Under the pieces are notes generated by a model, which was not told the DNA's origin, made no database searches, and saw nothing but the letters and a program-made list of their open reading frames with translations. This document shows, piece after piece, positions 32,360-46,352 of a stretch of DNA of 64,000 bases (its first letter is position 1; each line of letters begins with the position of its first letter). The position numbers were made by a program, and so were the translations under genes. Origin of the DNA: Piromyces finnis finn (Eukaryota; Fungi; Neocallimastigomycota); assembly GCA_002104945.1 (NCBI GenBank), contig MCFH01000016.1, forward strand, positions 124,001 to 188,000. Direction: 5' to 3'.

Positions 32360-32682
32360 AATAGTAAATTATTATTTTATAGATAAATTATAAATTAATT
32401 TTAAATTATAAAGTATAATAGTTTGTTCTTTAATTTAATAATAGTTTATTATTAGTTTTTTTTTTACTTATAAAAAAATCTTGCTACTTATTAAAGTTTT
32501 GTTTTTTTTATTTATTAATTAATAATTAAATAATTCTATAATTTTCTATAGTAATTTTAATTAAAATTTATAGTTTTTTGTTACACTTAATAAATAAAAA
32601 TATAATGTTATATTTAAAATACATACAAATATTTATATATTAAATTATGTAAATTATGTATTATTTTATTAATTTAAATATT

Positions 32683-32986
32683 TTAATTAAATAATTCTGA
32701 AAACAATCTTGTAATATCAGAATTGATAACCGAAAGTGAGCTTTCATTTTGTTCACCATCAGACGCAATAGATTCCTCATCACTTGAATTATCTGAAACT
32801 GAAAATGACGATTCAGAAAATGAACTATCTGTATTTCTGTTTGAATATTCCTCACTATATTCATCTTCATCTGAATAAGAATCATATTCATATTCATCCC
32901 CTGATTCATTTACAAAATTTCTCGGCATATCATTTAATTCTTTTTCATTATTATCTAAATCCTATATTTATGTTAATATGATAAAA

Positions 32987-33029
<43 letters not shown>

Positions 33030-35381
33030 TTAGGAAAATAAATTATTTTTTGTGAAAAATTATAATGTATAAACTACAATGACAATTTAATATATAATAG
33101 CAAATAATAATATATACATCAATAAAACCTAAAAAGTTAAACATAAAATCTTTTTGTCCGAAATTTGTTTCTATTATTGAATTATTATACATTCCGACTG
33201 TTGGATATAATGGAATATCAATAGGTATTCTTTTAGATGCAATACCTAATGGTTGACCATTTTTTGTAAAGAATAACGTTCTAGATTTAAAAATTAAACA
33301 ACATCCAATGATATCATTTATATTAACAGCTGAACCATAATTCTTAGTTTTACCATTAATATTTATACTTCCATTATTAAAATAGCACCACATTTTTTTT
33401 GAACCTTTTTATATGTTATAATATAAATAAATATTTTACAAGTTAAATTTTTTTTTATTTTTAATATTGTAATATATTTATATTTTTTTTAGAACCTGGT
33501 GGAATATTTTGATTTAAAGGAGCTTGCTTTGTACTAATCCCAATCGAATTTGAATATCTCCTATAATCATTTACATAAATATTATAATATAAATTAATGT
33601 TTAAAAATTATAACTTAATGATAAAATATAGTATTAAATATTAAACATTTTTATTTCATACCAATCTTCATCAAAGTTTAATATCTTTATTTCAAAATAG
33701 AAAGCAGGAATATAGGTTGGAATTGGAATTGAACTTCTTACAGATGACCAAGAACATCCTGGAGAACTATGTTTTTTATACTTTACAATTAAATTATTAT
33801 TGGAAAGTTTTAAGGAAGAGTTTTTATCATTTGGATTCCAGTGGAAATCCATGAAAATAGACATTAAAGAATCTTTAGATGTATTCATATCTAATGTTAT
33901 TTAAAAATTAATAATTTAGCAATTTTCTTTTAAGAAAGATAATAATATAATATATTAAGCTTTAATTTTTTATTTGATTATTTAATAACATAATATTACC
34001 ATTTTCTAGATCATCTATTTGAAAAGCGTAATAATTATTAAGTATTAATTTAAACAATATATATATATATGTATAAACGTGTTATTTTTTTTTATTTTTC
34101 TTTAAATAGTAGTATTCTGAAATATATATTTACCTTCAATTGTCTTAATAATATCTTATAAAAATAAAAAAAATATTAATAGTATTTACAATATTTATTT
34201 TTAATAAAATTTTTTAATCTTTAAAAATATATACCTTCTAATTTCTTTAAACGTTCATATGACTTTTTAGTTTGGTCTTTGATTCCATTTTAATTATATA
34301 ATAATGTTGTATCAAATCAATATATTTTTTTTAAGTAATATATTATTAATTTGCTATTAATTTATATATTATACCTTCATAATATGTAAAGTTATTTTTT
34401 TGATGTTCTTGAATTTCGTCAGATTTTTTAATAATCCATTCTAAATCTTTCACAAAGCATTCACATTTCCATAAATGTTCCTATATATTTTTTTTTATTT
34501 TTATAGAGATATGAATAATCTTTTTTTTTTGTAGAAATCTTTTTTTTTATATAAATAAACATATATATTTTCTTTTAAACAACTAATAAGAAATCTAATT
34601 TCAGGATTTTGTTATAATATTTACTTGAAAATCTTTTCTTATAATTTTATCCATCTGACATCCATTTCCATTTAAATAATTTGGGCATGCAACAAATTTC
34701 CATTCACATACATTTTCATGATGTTGTTTATCTCCTAAGTAACCTTTAAAATTACAACCTTTTAGTTCACAGACATAGGGTTTCCATTCACATATTCTTT
34801 CGTGCTCTTCTTTATCTTTTGTCAATCCAACATAATTACATTTTGAATATATACATTTATAAGTCATATATTGACATGAATTTTTTAAATGATTTAGTAA
34901 TTTTCCTCTTTCACCAAGCCAATCGCATCCTAATTCCTTTTGAGGACAACTAACTTTTAAGGTGTTTATTATTTCCTCTATTACTTTATCTTCGACAATA
35001 TCTTTTTTTTCAAATTCAGTTTTACACATTGGACACGTTGCATTTGTTTTTAACCATTCCAAAATATGTGCTTTACAAAATATATGCCCACATGGTAAAC
35101 GAACAACAATTGGCATTGCTGGACATGTACATATAGGACAGCTTAGTGTTTGAAGAGCCGGATGATCTTCATATTCTAAGTCCATATATGAAATTGAAAT
35201 TTCTGGATCATCAGAGTAATCTATATCACCGTAATAATTGAAAAAAGAGAAAAACATTACCTTTTAATATCTATTATTATATTTTTTTATTAAATATAAA
35301 TATAAATATACATATATATATTTAAAAAATAAAAAGCTTTTATTTATTTTGAGAGAACTAATATATACCTTTAATCGACAT
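32683..35381 (-). CDS. RING + TRAF-type zinc fingers + coiled coil + SPRY protein with an acidic tail (paralog B), putative E3 ligase
   Basis: ATG 35381. RING CPIC...CGHIFCKAH...CPMC; TRAF-like fingers VSCPQKELGCDWLGERGKLLNHLKNSC-QYMTYKC...HERICEW...HENVCEW; microexons; SPRY (FHWNPNDKNSSLKLSNNNL...SVRSSIPIP...FYFEIKI...NDIIGCCL...LFFTKNG...LYPTVG...ETNFGQKDFMF). The phases of the splice junctions I checked are consistent. Confidence 0.85.
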
Positions 35382-35775
35382 GTTAAATTATATTTAATGA
35401 AAAAGAAAAAATATAAATGAAAAAAATAAAATAAATAAATTCAAACTTTAATAGTTAATTTTTAGATAGTACAATACATTATTCAAAAACTTTAAAAAGT
35501 TATATATCAATATTTATAATTGAACAAATTCAAGATTGTATATTATTATAAAAGACATTTTTTTATTATTTATTAAGTGATTAATATAATTTTATTTATG
35601 TAAAAAGATTACTATATAATTATTCAGCTTATATTATCTTGAAATATAAAGCAACAGATAAATTTAATTATAATACTTATTGTTTATTTAATAATATTTT
35701 ATATAATACATTTTTTCTCTTTTATAATAGGTTATATTAAAGTGAAATAGTAAAAATAATAAATAAATATTAATT

Positions 35776-38108
35776 TCAAGAATTCAATGGGTGATCTTGA
35801 TCATTGTCCACCTAAAATGTGGTTTTTATATTTAATTAATAAAACTTATAGAATTTATTTTATATAATAAATTAATAATATACATACTGCAATAAAGTTT
35901 GATGTATCAAATAAAAATGGTTTTTTACCAAAGTTAGTGTATAATTCAGTTCCCTTAAATGCACCAACAAATGGAAATAGTGGTTCGTCTAGTGGAATAT
36001 TTCTTATATTTACATCTTTTTTTTTTTTTTTGTTTTTTTTTGTATTAAAATTAAAAATTTTTTCAAAAGGTAATAATTAGTTTAAAGAAAATTATAATAA
36101 AAGTTTTTATAAAATATTAATTATATAATTTTTAAATTTACTTGTATATGAATCGTTTTTAATAAAGTACAAAGTTCCTTCTTTAGCATCAAAATAACAA
36201 CCAATAGTATCATTCTTTTTCATTTTACAATTATATTCCATTTCTTCATGATTTGCATTAGTTGATCCATTATTAAATATACACCATTCATTTCTACAGC
36301 CTTTATTTTTCATTTAAATCATATAAATATAATCAAATTTATAAAATTTAATTATTAAATTTATATAAAAGACTTAAATTGTATTAACCTGGAGGAATAT
36401 CTTGGGTAAGTGGTGCATTTGCTGTACAAATACCAACTGAACATGAATATTTCCTATATAATATTCTAGTGTTAACATATTTGTATTTATATGCATAAAA
36501 ATTATAATAAATAATTATTAATTAGTATATTTACCAACTTTCGTTACTTTTCAAGATTTTTACTTCAAAGTAGAAAGATTCTGCTTCATCAGGAATGGCT
36601 TTAATTGCTCTTACAGATGCCCATGTTCCATCACCTAATGTATTTTTTAAGTAAATATTTAAGTTACTATTTAAATTGGGCCTTCAGTTTTTTTTTTTTT
36701 TATAAAATTTACCTGTGTGCTTCACTACAAGATTACTATGCGAGAGTTGAAGCTGTTGAGCTTTATCACAAGGATTCCAATAAAATTGCGTTTTTTTGCT
36801 TTCTTTACATGCATCTCTTTGTTTTTCCAAAAATTTTATTTTTTCTGTTATTTTATCATTTAATTATATAATAATAATAATAATAATAATTAAATATATA
36901 TTAATTATATAATTATTATTTACTATAAATCTTGTACCTTTTAGTTTTACAATGGAATCTATATTTTGAATGTTATAATGAATATATATATAAATTGATG
37001 AATAACTGATATAATAACTGATATAATAAATATTATATAATAACAAAATGAACTTTATTACCTTCTAGATAATTAATAATGTCATCATTTTTTTTACATT
37101 GATCTAATTTTATTATATATATAATAATATTATTAAGAAACATAAGGAATGAACCATTTTAATAAGGCATATTAATCTTTATATTATAATAACCTTTTAA
37201 TTTATTTATTTTATCTTCTTCTAAATCAAATAAGTAATCACTTTTTTTAATTATCCAGTCTAAATCTTTTGTTTGATGTTCACAATGCCATAAATGATCC
37301 TTGAAGTTTTTGATAATAATATATATATATTATCATTATTAATTAATTTTTATATGTAATTTATTTATTAATATTTTTTAGTAATTGCCTATTATATTAA
37401 TTACTGTTAAATCACATTTTGGAATATTTTCTTCTAAACAATTTGGATTAGAACATTTTACAGGTTGATAAATACATGTTTTTTCATGTTCTTCCTTATC
37501 TTTTTGACATCCTTGAAAATGCTTTTTTCCCCACATACATTCATATGATCTCCATATACAATTAGATTCATGTTTCATTTTATCTTTTATTAATCCTGAA
37601 AAATTACAATTTTCATATGGACATGAATAAGGAACATATTGACATTCCTCTTTTAAATGATTTTTTAATTTTTTACGAGTATCAATCCATACACAACCAA
37701 GATATTTATTAGGGCAATAAATTCTTAATGTATCCATAATATTTTCTATATTTTTATCGATAACATAGCTTGTTTGTAATATTTTCTTTGGACAAAATGG
37801 ACAAATAATATTACCATTTGAAATGAAATTTGATATATCCTTTTTACAAAAAACATGATTACAATGAAGTCTAACAGCAGGTGAAGAAAATGGCTTTTTA
37901 CACATATAACATGTTAATGCTTCCATTACAGGAAGATTTTCATATTCTAATGTTATTGGACCTTCTATATTTTCAAATTTTTCATTTTGCCAAAATCTAT
38001 CTGACGCTTTTTTTATTTTATAAAAAGTATATATAAGTATTATTAAGTAGAGTAATAAGATTAAATAATAATAAATATTGTACTTGAATTTAATCTTGAA
38101 ATTGACAT
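35776..38108 (-). CDS. RING + TRAF-type zinc fingers + coiled coil + SPRY protein (paralog A), putative E3 ligase
   Basis: ATG 38108. RING CYMC...CNHVFCKKD...CPFC; fingers YCPNKYLGCVWIDTRKKLKNHLKEEC...HESNC...HEKTC; SPRY FYWNPCDKAQQLQLSHSNL...ASVRAIKAIP...FYFEVKI...NDTIGCYF...LYFIKN...LFPFVG...YTNFGKKPFLF. Stop TGA at 35776-35778. Confidence 0.85.
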
Positions 38109-39377
38109 GTCTCTTTCTTTCTTTTTTTAATTAATGAATATTTTTATAATGCTTTATAAATATTAAACTATTAATCACAATATTTAATAATATTATTAAT
38201 TATAAAAAGGTTAAATTAAAAAAAAAGAAGTATAAACAATTAAAGTAAAACACAAATTTATCACGTGGGGTTATCATAATTATTTATGATTAAAAAACTG
38301 AACTACTGAACTTATACACAATAAGCTTATTTCATAAAGGTTAAAAAAAAAGAATGAATGTTTATTTTTATTTATAAATTTGTGTAGGTATAGTTGCTAT
38401 ATTTTCAATAATAAAATCTATTAATTAATGATAAATTTAATAATAATTCATAATAATTCATAGTATGTTATTATATTATATATTATTAAAATTTATATAC
38501 AACATACAAATATATCTATATATATTTATATATGCAATTATAATGACCGAAACTTTAGTTATTTCTTTTAATTTTTTTTTATTTTATAGAGTGATGTAGT
38601 AATTTAAAGAAAGTATTATTAATTGCGGATTACATTATTTATTAATGGTATAGAACTACATTCTATGCTACTAGTAATAATAAATTACTTGAGAAATACT
38701 CCTATTCATTTATGTATTGTGGTGATAACTTTTATTAGGTTTATACTTTTAATCTTATTATTTTAATCACTTTAATATATTAATTATAATTCTAATAATA
38801 AAATTATAAATATATTTTATTTAATTTATTTATAAAACAGTGAATTTCAACCAATCATAACATTTAATGGAAAACTATATTGTCAAATAATTTTGCTGGA
38901 GTATAAAAGCAAAAATTGAAAAATTTGGAATTTATTTTTAATTCTTAGTTTTTTAATTTTTAGGGAAAATTAAATTTTTTTTTTGAGTATAAATAAAAGA
39001 TTTTTGAATGTTTTGGTGTTTTTTTCTTTTACTTTTTTTTTTTTTCCTTAAAAATTAATTAATTTTAATATTATTATTATTATTATTATTTTTGAATAAA
39101 ATTTATTTTGTAATTTAAATATTAAATCTTTTTTATTTATTTTATTTAATTAATAAATTGTTAATTAAATAATTCAAGTAAACATTTATTTAAAGCCATA
39201 ATAATATTAAAATATTATTATATTGTTGATACACTTATATATGAAGTTAAATAGAGTATAAGTAGATCATCAAATTTTATGTTTATATTATATATATGGA
39301 TTTCATTATATAAATTATTAAAGTATAATATAGATTAATGAATTAGAAATTAAAGAATAAAACTATAAATAAAACTA

Positions 39378-39409
<32 letters not shown>

Positions 39410-39634
39410 AAAATACTTTCTAGTATTAATTCAATAAAAAAAAATTACATTTATTATTTGACATTAAATAAAAGTATAGATGTATTAATTTATTGATTTA
39501 ATGAATTAATCAAATAAATTAATTAGATATATACAAATTATAGCCATTTATAAAAATAAAAATAGATTAAATTCAATTCTAATATATAATATTATATTAT
39601 TCAATAGTAAATTATATTTGATTTATAATCCATC

Positions 39635-42600
39635 ATGTCATTATACGGGTTTCCATATTCCTCGGCTCCCTTCAGAAATATACACCATATACAATTCAGT
39701 ATATTGTCCCCTGAAGAAACGGTACATAATACATAATAAAAATAATTTTATTTATATAATAATTTAAATATTTCCTTTTGTAGGAATGATGTAGTGAAAT
39801 AATTTAATAAACAAATTAGATTAAATGCATTATTAATAAAATCTATATAAAATATTTAATGTTTATTGCGATTGAAAATTATGATGATTTATGATAATGA
39901 TAACAACAACAACAACAACAAAAATATAAATGCTTTTACTTTTAAAAAAATAGAGGGCAATGTCAGTTGCCAAAATCGAATACCCAGAAACTATGGAAAA
40001 TGATAAACCAAAAATTGGCGGTTTAAATGATCCAAGATTAGGAACAATTGATAGAAATTTTAAATGTCAAACGTGTGATTGCGATATGACTAATTGTGTT
40101 GGTCATTTTGGACATATAGAATTAGCTAGACCTGTATTCCATATTGGTAAAATAATATATTTCAATTAAATTTTTATATTATATCATATTATATTACATT
40201 ATTAATAAATTGATGAATTTATTTCTTCTTGAAATGTGAATCTTTTTAAATAATTATCATGAATTAAAATAATTTTTAGTTTATATTTATGTATTGATTT
40301 AAGAAAAATATAATTTCTAATTTGATTAAATTAAATTTTAATTATTAGCAATCAAGTTAAAAATAATATTGAATTTTATGTTTTTTTTATTTAATATCTT
40401 TAATTAATGAAATAAATATTTTTATTTTCTTTTTTATTTTAGGTTTCTTACCAAAGATTAAAAAGATTTTAGAATGTGTATGTTTCCATTGTTCAAAATT
40501 AAAAATTAATGATTCAAATAGTAAATTAGTTCAAGCAAGACAAATAAAAGATGGTAAAAAACGTTTCCATGCAGTATGGTCTTTATGTAAAGGAAAAACA
40601 GTTTGTGAATGTAGTGATGGAGATGAAGAAATGGGTGATGAAAATGGAGAAAAGAAACACGGACATAATGGTTGTGGTGGAAAGCAACCAACAATTAGAA
40701 GAGAAGGTTTAGTATTGTATTATAAATTTAATGAAAAATCTGGTGAGGTTAGTAGTTTTTTCTTTCGTTAATTTATTTTTAATATAAATATTTAAGAAAG
40801 TATATTTTATTTTGTTATTTGATATACAAAAACTAATAATTACAATTTTTTGTGTAATATTTAATTAATAATAATTATATGATAATAATAAATAAACAAA
40901 CAAACAAATGAAATTAATAAATAAAAAAAAAATCAATAACAGGATGGCGTTGGACGCGATACAGGAAAACAAGTATTGACAGCTGAAAAAGTATTAACTA
41001 TTTTCAAAAGAATATCAGATGAAGATTGTATAGATATGGGTTTAAATCCAAATTGGGCACGTCCTGAATGGATGTTAATTACAATTTTACCAGTTCCACC
41101 ACCAGCAGTTCGTCCATCAATTAGTATGGGTGGTGCTGCTCGTGGTGAAGATGATCTTACTCACAAACTTGGTGATATTATTAGAGCAAATATAAACTTA
41201 AGAAATCATGAAGCAGATGGGTCTCCTGCTCACGTTGTTAATGAGTATGAATCATTATTACAATTCCATGTAGCTACACTTATGGATAATGATATGGCTG
41301 GTATGCCACAAGCTATGCAAAAGAGTGGTAGACCTTTAAAGGCAATTAGAGCACGTTTAAAGGGTAAAGAAGGTAGAATCCGTAATAATCTTATGGGTAA
41401 GCGTGTGGATTTTTCTGCTCGTACTGTTATTACTGGTGATCCTAATATTTCTATTGATCAAGTAGGTGTACCAAGAAGTATTGCTAGAAATTTAACATTC
41501 CCAGAAACAGTAACACAATATAATATAGATGAACTTCAACAATTTGTCAACAATGGTCCAAATGAACATCCTGGTGCTAAATATGTATTTAAAGATAATG
41601 GGGATAGAATTGATTTAAAGTTTGCTAGAAGTGGAAGTGTTCATTTACAAATTGGTTATAAAGTTGAACGTCATATTAATGATGGTGATTTAGTTATTTT
41701 CAATCGTCAACCATCATTACACAAAATGAGTATGATGGGTCACAAAGTTAGAGTTATGCCATATTCCACTTTCCGTTTAAATTTATCTGTTACATCTCCA
41801 TATAACGCTGATTTTGATGGTGATGAAATGAATTTACACGTTCCTCAATCATATGAAACAAAAGCTGAAATTCAAGAACTTTGTATGGTACCAAAACAAA
41901 TTGTTTCTCCTCAAGCTAACAAACCAGTTATGGGTATTGTACAAGATACACTTTGTGGTATAAGAAAATTTACTAAGCGTGATTGCTTCTTAACAAGAGA
42001 CTTTGTTATGAATATTATTATGTGGGTACCAGATTGGGATGGTACTGTACCACCACCATGTATTCTTAAGCCAATACCATTATGGACTGGTAAACAAATT
42101 ATGAGTTTAATTATTCCAAAGATTAATGTAGTTGGTTATCATTCAACACATCCTGATAATGAAGATACTGATATTTCACCAGGAGATACCAAGGTTTTAA
42201 TTGAAAATGGTGAACTTTTAGCAGGTATTTTATGTAAGAAGACTGTTGGTTCTTCACAAAATGGTATTATTCATGTTGTTATGAATGAATATGGTCCAGA
42301 AACTGCTAAGTTATTCTTTAATGGTACTCAAACTGTAGTAAATTACTGGATGCTTCAAAATGGTTTCAGTATTGGTATTGGTGATACCATTGCCGATAGA
42401 GCTACTATGGAAACCATTAATAAAGCTATTAGTTCAGCAAAGCAATCTGTAAATGAAGTTATTTTGAAGGCTCAACAATGTAAATTAGAATGTCAACCAG
42501 GTTTAACTATCCGTGAAACATTTGAAAGTTTGGTTAATCGTCATTTAAATCAAGCGCGTGATTCAGCTGGTAGTTCTGCACAAAAAAGTTTACGTGAACA

Positions 42601-45550
42601 CAACAATGTCAAGCAGATGGTCGTTTCAGGTAGTAAAGGTTCCTTCATTAATATTTCTCAAATGACAGCTTGTGTAGGTCAACAAAACGTTGAAGGTAAG
42701 CGTATTCCATTCGGTTTTAAATATAGAACTCTTCCTCACTTTACTAAGGATGATCAAAGTCCAGAATCTCGTGGTTTCGTAGAAAATTCATATCTTCGTG
42801 GTTTAACTCCACAAGAATTCTTTTTCCACGCTATGGGTGGTCGTGAAGGTTTAATTGATACAGCTGTAAAGACAGCAGAAACTGGTTATATTCAACGTCG
42901 TCTTATTAAATCTTTGGAAGATGTTTCCATTAAATATGATGGAACTGTACGTAATTCATTTGGTCATATTATTCAATTCTGTTATGGTGAAGATGGTATG
43001 GATGGTACTTCTGTAGAAAAGCAACAATTAGAATCAATTAGAATGTCTGATGCAAAATTCGAAAAATTCTATAAAATTGATCTTACTGAAAAGGACTTTG
43101 GATTAAAACCAAAGACTCTTCAATTTAGTATTATGGAACAATTAGCTAGTGATGGTAACATCGTTCAAGAAAAGTTAGATGAAGAATATAGAAGTTTACT
43201 TGAAGATAGAAAATTATTCAGAGAATTCATTTTCAAAAATGGTGATAGTTCATGGCCACTTCCAGTTAATGTAAGACGTTTGATTTGGAATGCACAAAAC
43301 ATTTTCTCAATTAATAAAAGAAAGGAATCTGATCTTCATCCATTGTATATTTGTGAAGAACGTGATAAATTATTAAAGAGATTAATTGTAGTAAGAGGTG
43401 AAGATAAATTAAGTAAAGAAGCTCAAGTTAACTCTACTATAAACTTCTTTGCCTTAATTAAGACATGCTTATCTACCAAAAGAATATTAGAAAATTATCA
43501 TTTGAATCGTGCTGCTTTTGATTGGTTAATTGGAGAAATTGAAGTTAGATTTAACCAAGCTCTTGTACATCCAGGTGAAATGGTTGGTACTATTGCTGCA
43601 CAAAGTATTGGTGAACCAGCTACTCAAATGACATTAAATACTTTCCACTATGCTGGTGTAAGTTCAAAGAATGTTACTCTTGGTGTACCACGTTTGAAGG
43701 AATTAATTAACGTTGCTAAAAATATTAAAACACCATCTTTAACTGTATACTTAACAAATGAATATAACCATAATATGGAACAAGCTAAGATTATTCAAAC
43801 TGCTTTAGAACATACTACATTAAAGAAAATTACTCAAGCTACTGAAATTTATTACGATCCAGATCCAACAAAAACTATTGTTGAAGAAGATCGTGATTTC
43901 GTTGAAGCTTATTGGGATATGGAACTTAATACTGATTCTGATGTTAATCCAGAACTTTTATCACCATGGGTATTAAGAATTAAGATTGATGAACAAAAGA
44001 AGATGGATAAACAGTTGTCTATGGAACAAATTGCTAGTAAGATTATTGAAGAATTTCCAAATGATTTATGGTGTATTCACAGTGATGATAACTCTGAGAA
44101 TTTATCTGTATTGGCTAGAATTAAGAGTGATGGTAGTAAAGATGATGAACAACAGCAACAAATTGAAGAAGATGTATTCTTAAAGACAGTTGAAAATATG
44201 ATGTTGAATTCTATCACACTTTGTGGTATTCAAGGTATTCAACGTGTATTCATTATGGATAAAAAGAAGTCTATTATTAATAGTAAGGGTGAATATGAAA
44301 ATTCAGGTCATGAATGGGTATTAGAAACTGATGGTAATAATTTGAAGTCAGTATTCTCTGTAGATGGTGTTGATTTCACTCGTGTTTATTCTAACTCTCC
44401 AGTAGAAATTATGGAAGTATTAGGTGTAGAAGCTACTCGTTTAGCTTTATTAAAGGAATTACGTAATGTTATTGAATTCGATGGTAGTTACGTTAACTAT
44501 AGACACATTGCTCTTCTTTGCGATGTTATGACTCAAGGTGGTCATATTATGGCTATTACTCGTCATGGTATTAACAGAACATCTGCTGGTGCTTTAGCTA
44601 AGTGTTCATTCGAAGAAACTGTTGAAATTTTAGTTGAAGCTGCTGGTGTTGGTGAAGCTGATGACTGTAAGGGTGTTAGTGCATGTATTATGTTAGGTAA
44701 ATTAGCTCCTCTTGGTACTGGTGACTTTGGTGTTATGCTTAATGAAGAAATGTTATTAAATGCTCCTGCCTCATCAATTACTCAAAATGGAATGATGAAT
44801 ATGTCCGGTGCAATGAGTCCACCTGGTGGTGCCTTATCTCCACAACAAACACCATATGTTGCTCGTTCTCCATCACCAGGATATAATTCTATGGGTGGTA
44901 TGTCTCCAGAAATTGTATTTTCACCATATGCTAATGATGGTAAGTGGAGTCCAGGAGGACAACAAATGCCATTCTCACCAACTGGTCAAACACCTGGTTA
45001 TTCACCAACCTCCCCATCCTACTCACCAACTTCCCCATCCTATTCACCAACCTCCCCATCCTACTCACCAACTTCCCCATCCTATTCACCAACCTCCCCA
45101 TCCTACTCACCAACCTCACCATCCTACTCACCAACTTCCCCATCCTACTCACCAACCTCACCATCCTATTCACCAACTTCACCATCCTACTCACCAACTT
45201 CACCATCCTATTCACCAACCTCACCATCCTATTCACCAACCTCACCATCTTATTCACCAACTTCCCCATCCTACTCACCAACTTCCCCATCCTACTCACC
45301 AACCTCACCATCCTATTCACCAACTAGCCCATCTTATTCTTCAGCTAAATCATTCTATCCATCTGGATCTAGTCCATCTTATTCACCAACTAGTCCATCT
45401 TATTCACCAACATCACCATCTTATTCACCAACTAGTCCATCTTACTCTCCAACATCACCATCCTATTCACCAACTAGTCCATCTTACTCCCCAAGCTCAC
45501 CATCCTATTCACCATCAAATAATAAACCAAATGATGATAATAATCATTAA
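39635..45550 (+). CDS. RPB1: RNA polymerase II largest subunit
   Basis: Exons 39635-39721, 39954-40146, 40443-40747 and 40943-45550. Contains the catalytic NADFDGD motif, bridge helix, trigger loop TQMTLNTFH and a YSPTSPS CTD. Confidence 0.99.
44999..45526 (+). repeat. 21-bp coding repeat, Pol II CTD heptads
   Basis: 16 consensus YSPTSPS, a 15-aa degenerate spacer (45335-45379), 5 more consensus heptads, then YSPSSPS and YSPSNNK. Confidence 0.97.
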
Positions 45551-46149
45551 TATATATAACCTTTATAAGCAAAAAAAATTAATTTTTTTCATATTAATTT
45601 AAATTAAATAATATCATCCTATAACACCATAAACGTCATTTTTTTTTATTATCAACTAAATATTTTTTTTATAATTCATTATGGATTTCATTATAAACGT
45701 TTACAATATATATTTTTAATATTCAGAATAATTATAATAATAATAATAATAATATATTAATATTTTTTTTTTTTTTTAAAATTTTAATAATTTATAAAAA
45801 TAAACAATTAAACAAAAAAAAAAAAATTAAAGGTTTCTTTTATATCTTTTTTTAATTATAATATATAAAATAAAAAAAAAAAAATAAAAAAAAAAAAAAA
45901 GGAGAAATTAAATGTTAGAATTAGTAATGTAGAGTAGACATTGCATTGTTTAAAAGTAAAGAATGTGTTTTCTAATTTGATTAGTACCATCCTTATTAAT
46001 TTCAACTCATAAAATTTTAGTTTTTTTTTTTTATTATTTTTTTTAATAATCTTTTTAGTTATTTAATGCTATTCTACTCATTCTTCTTTTAATGTGTGTG
46101 TGTGTGTGTTTTAATAATCATTTCTGAAAATTCAATCATTAATCATTAG

Positions 46150-46352
46150 AATCATTATCATAATAATAAACATTATAATAATAAGCATAATAAACATAAT
46201 AATAGTAATAATAATAAAAATAATAATAAACATAATAATAAACATAATAAACATAATAAACATAATAAACATAATAAACATAATAATAATAATAATAATA
46301 ATAATAAACATAATAATAAACATAATAAACATAATAATAATAATAATAATAA
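46150..46352. repeat. Compound AAT/AAACATAAT microsatellite
   Basis: Direct inspection. Confidence 0.85.

Noticed and set aside
39880-39900. ATGATGA box-C-like motifs in RPB1 intron 1 and near 49723 and 58662
   Set aside because: No matching box D (CTGA), terminal stem or rRNA-complementary guide.
44999-45526. 21-bp tandem repeats as a CRISPR-like or mobile array
   Set aside because: No spacers; they encode the Pol II CTD in frame.
43986-45602. ORFs overlapping RPB1 (43986-44183, 44826-45602, 44931-45323, 44944-45327)
   Set aside because: Alternative-frame or antisense products of the stop-poor CTD repeat and the RPB1 coding sequence.
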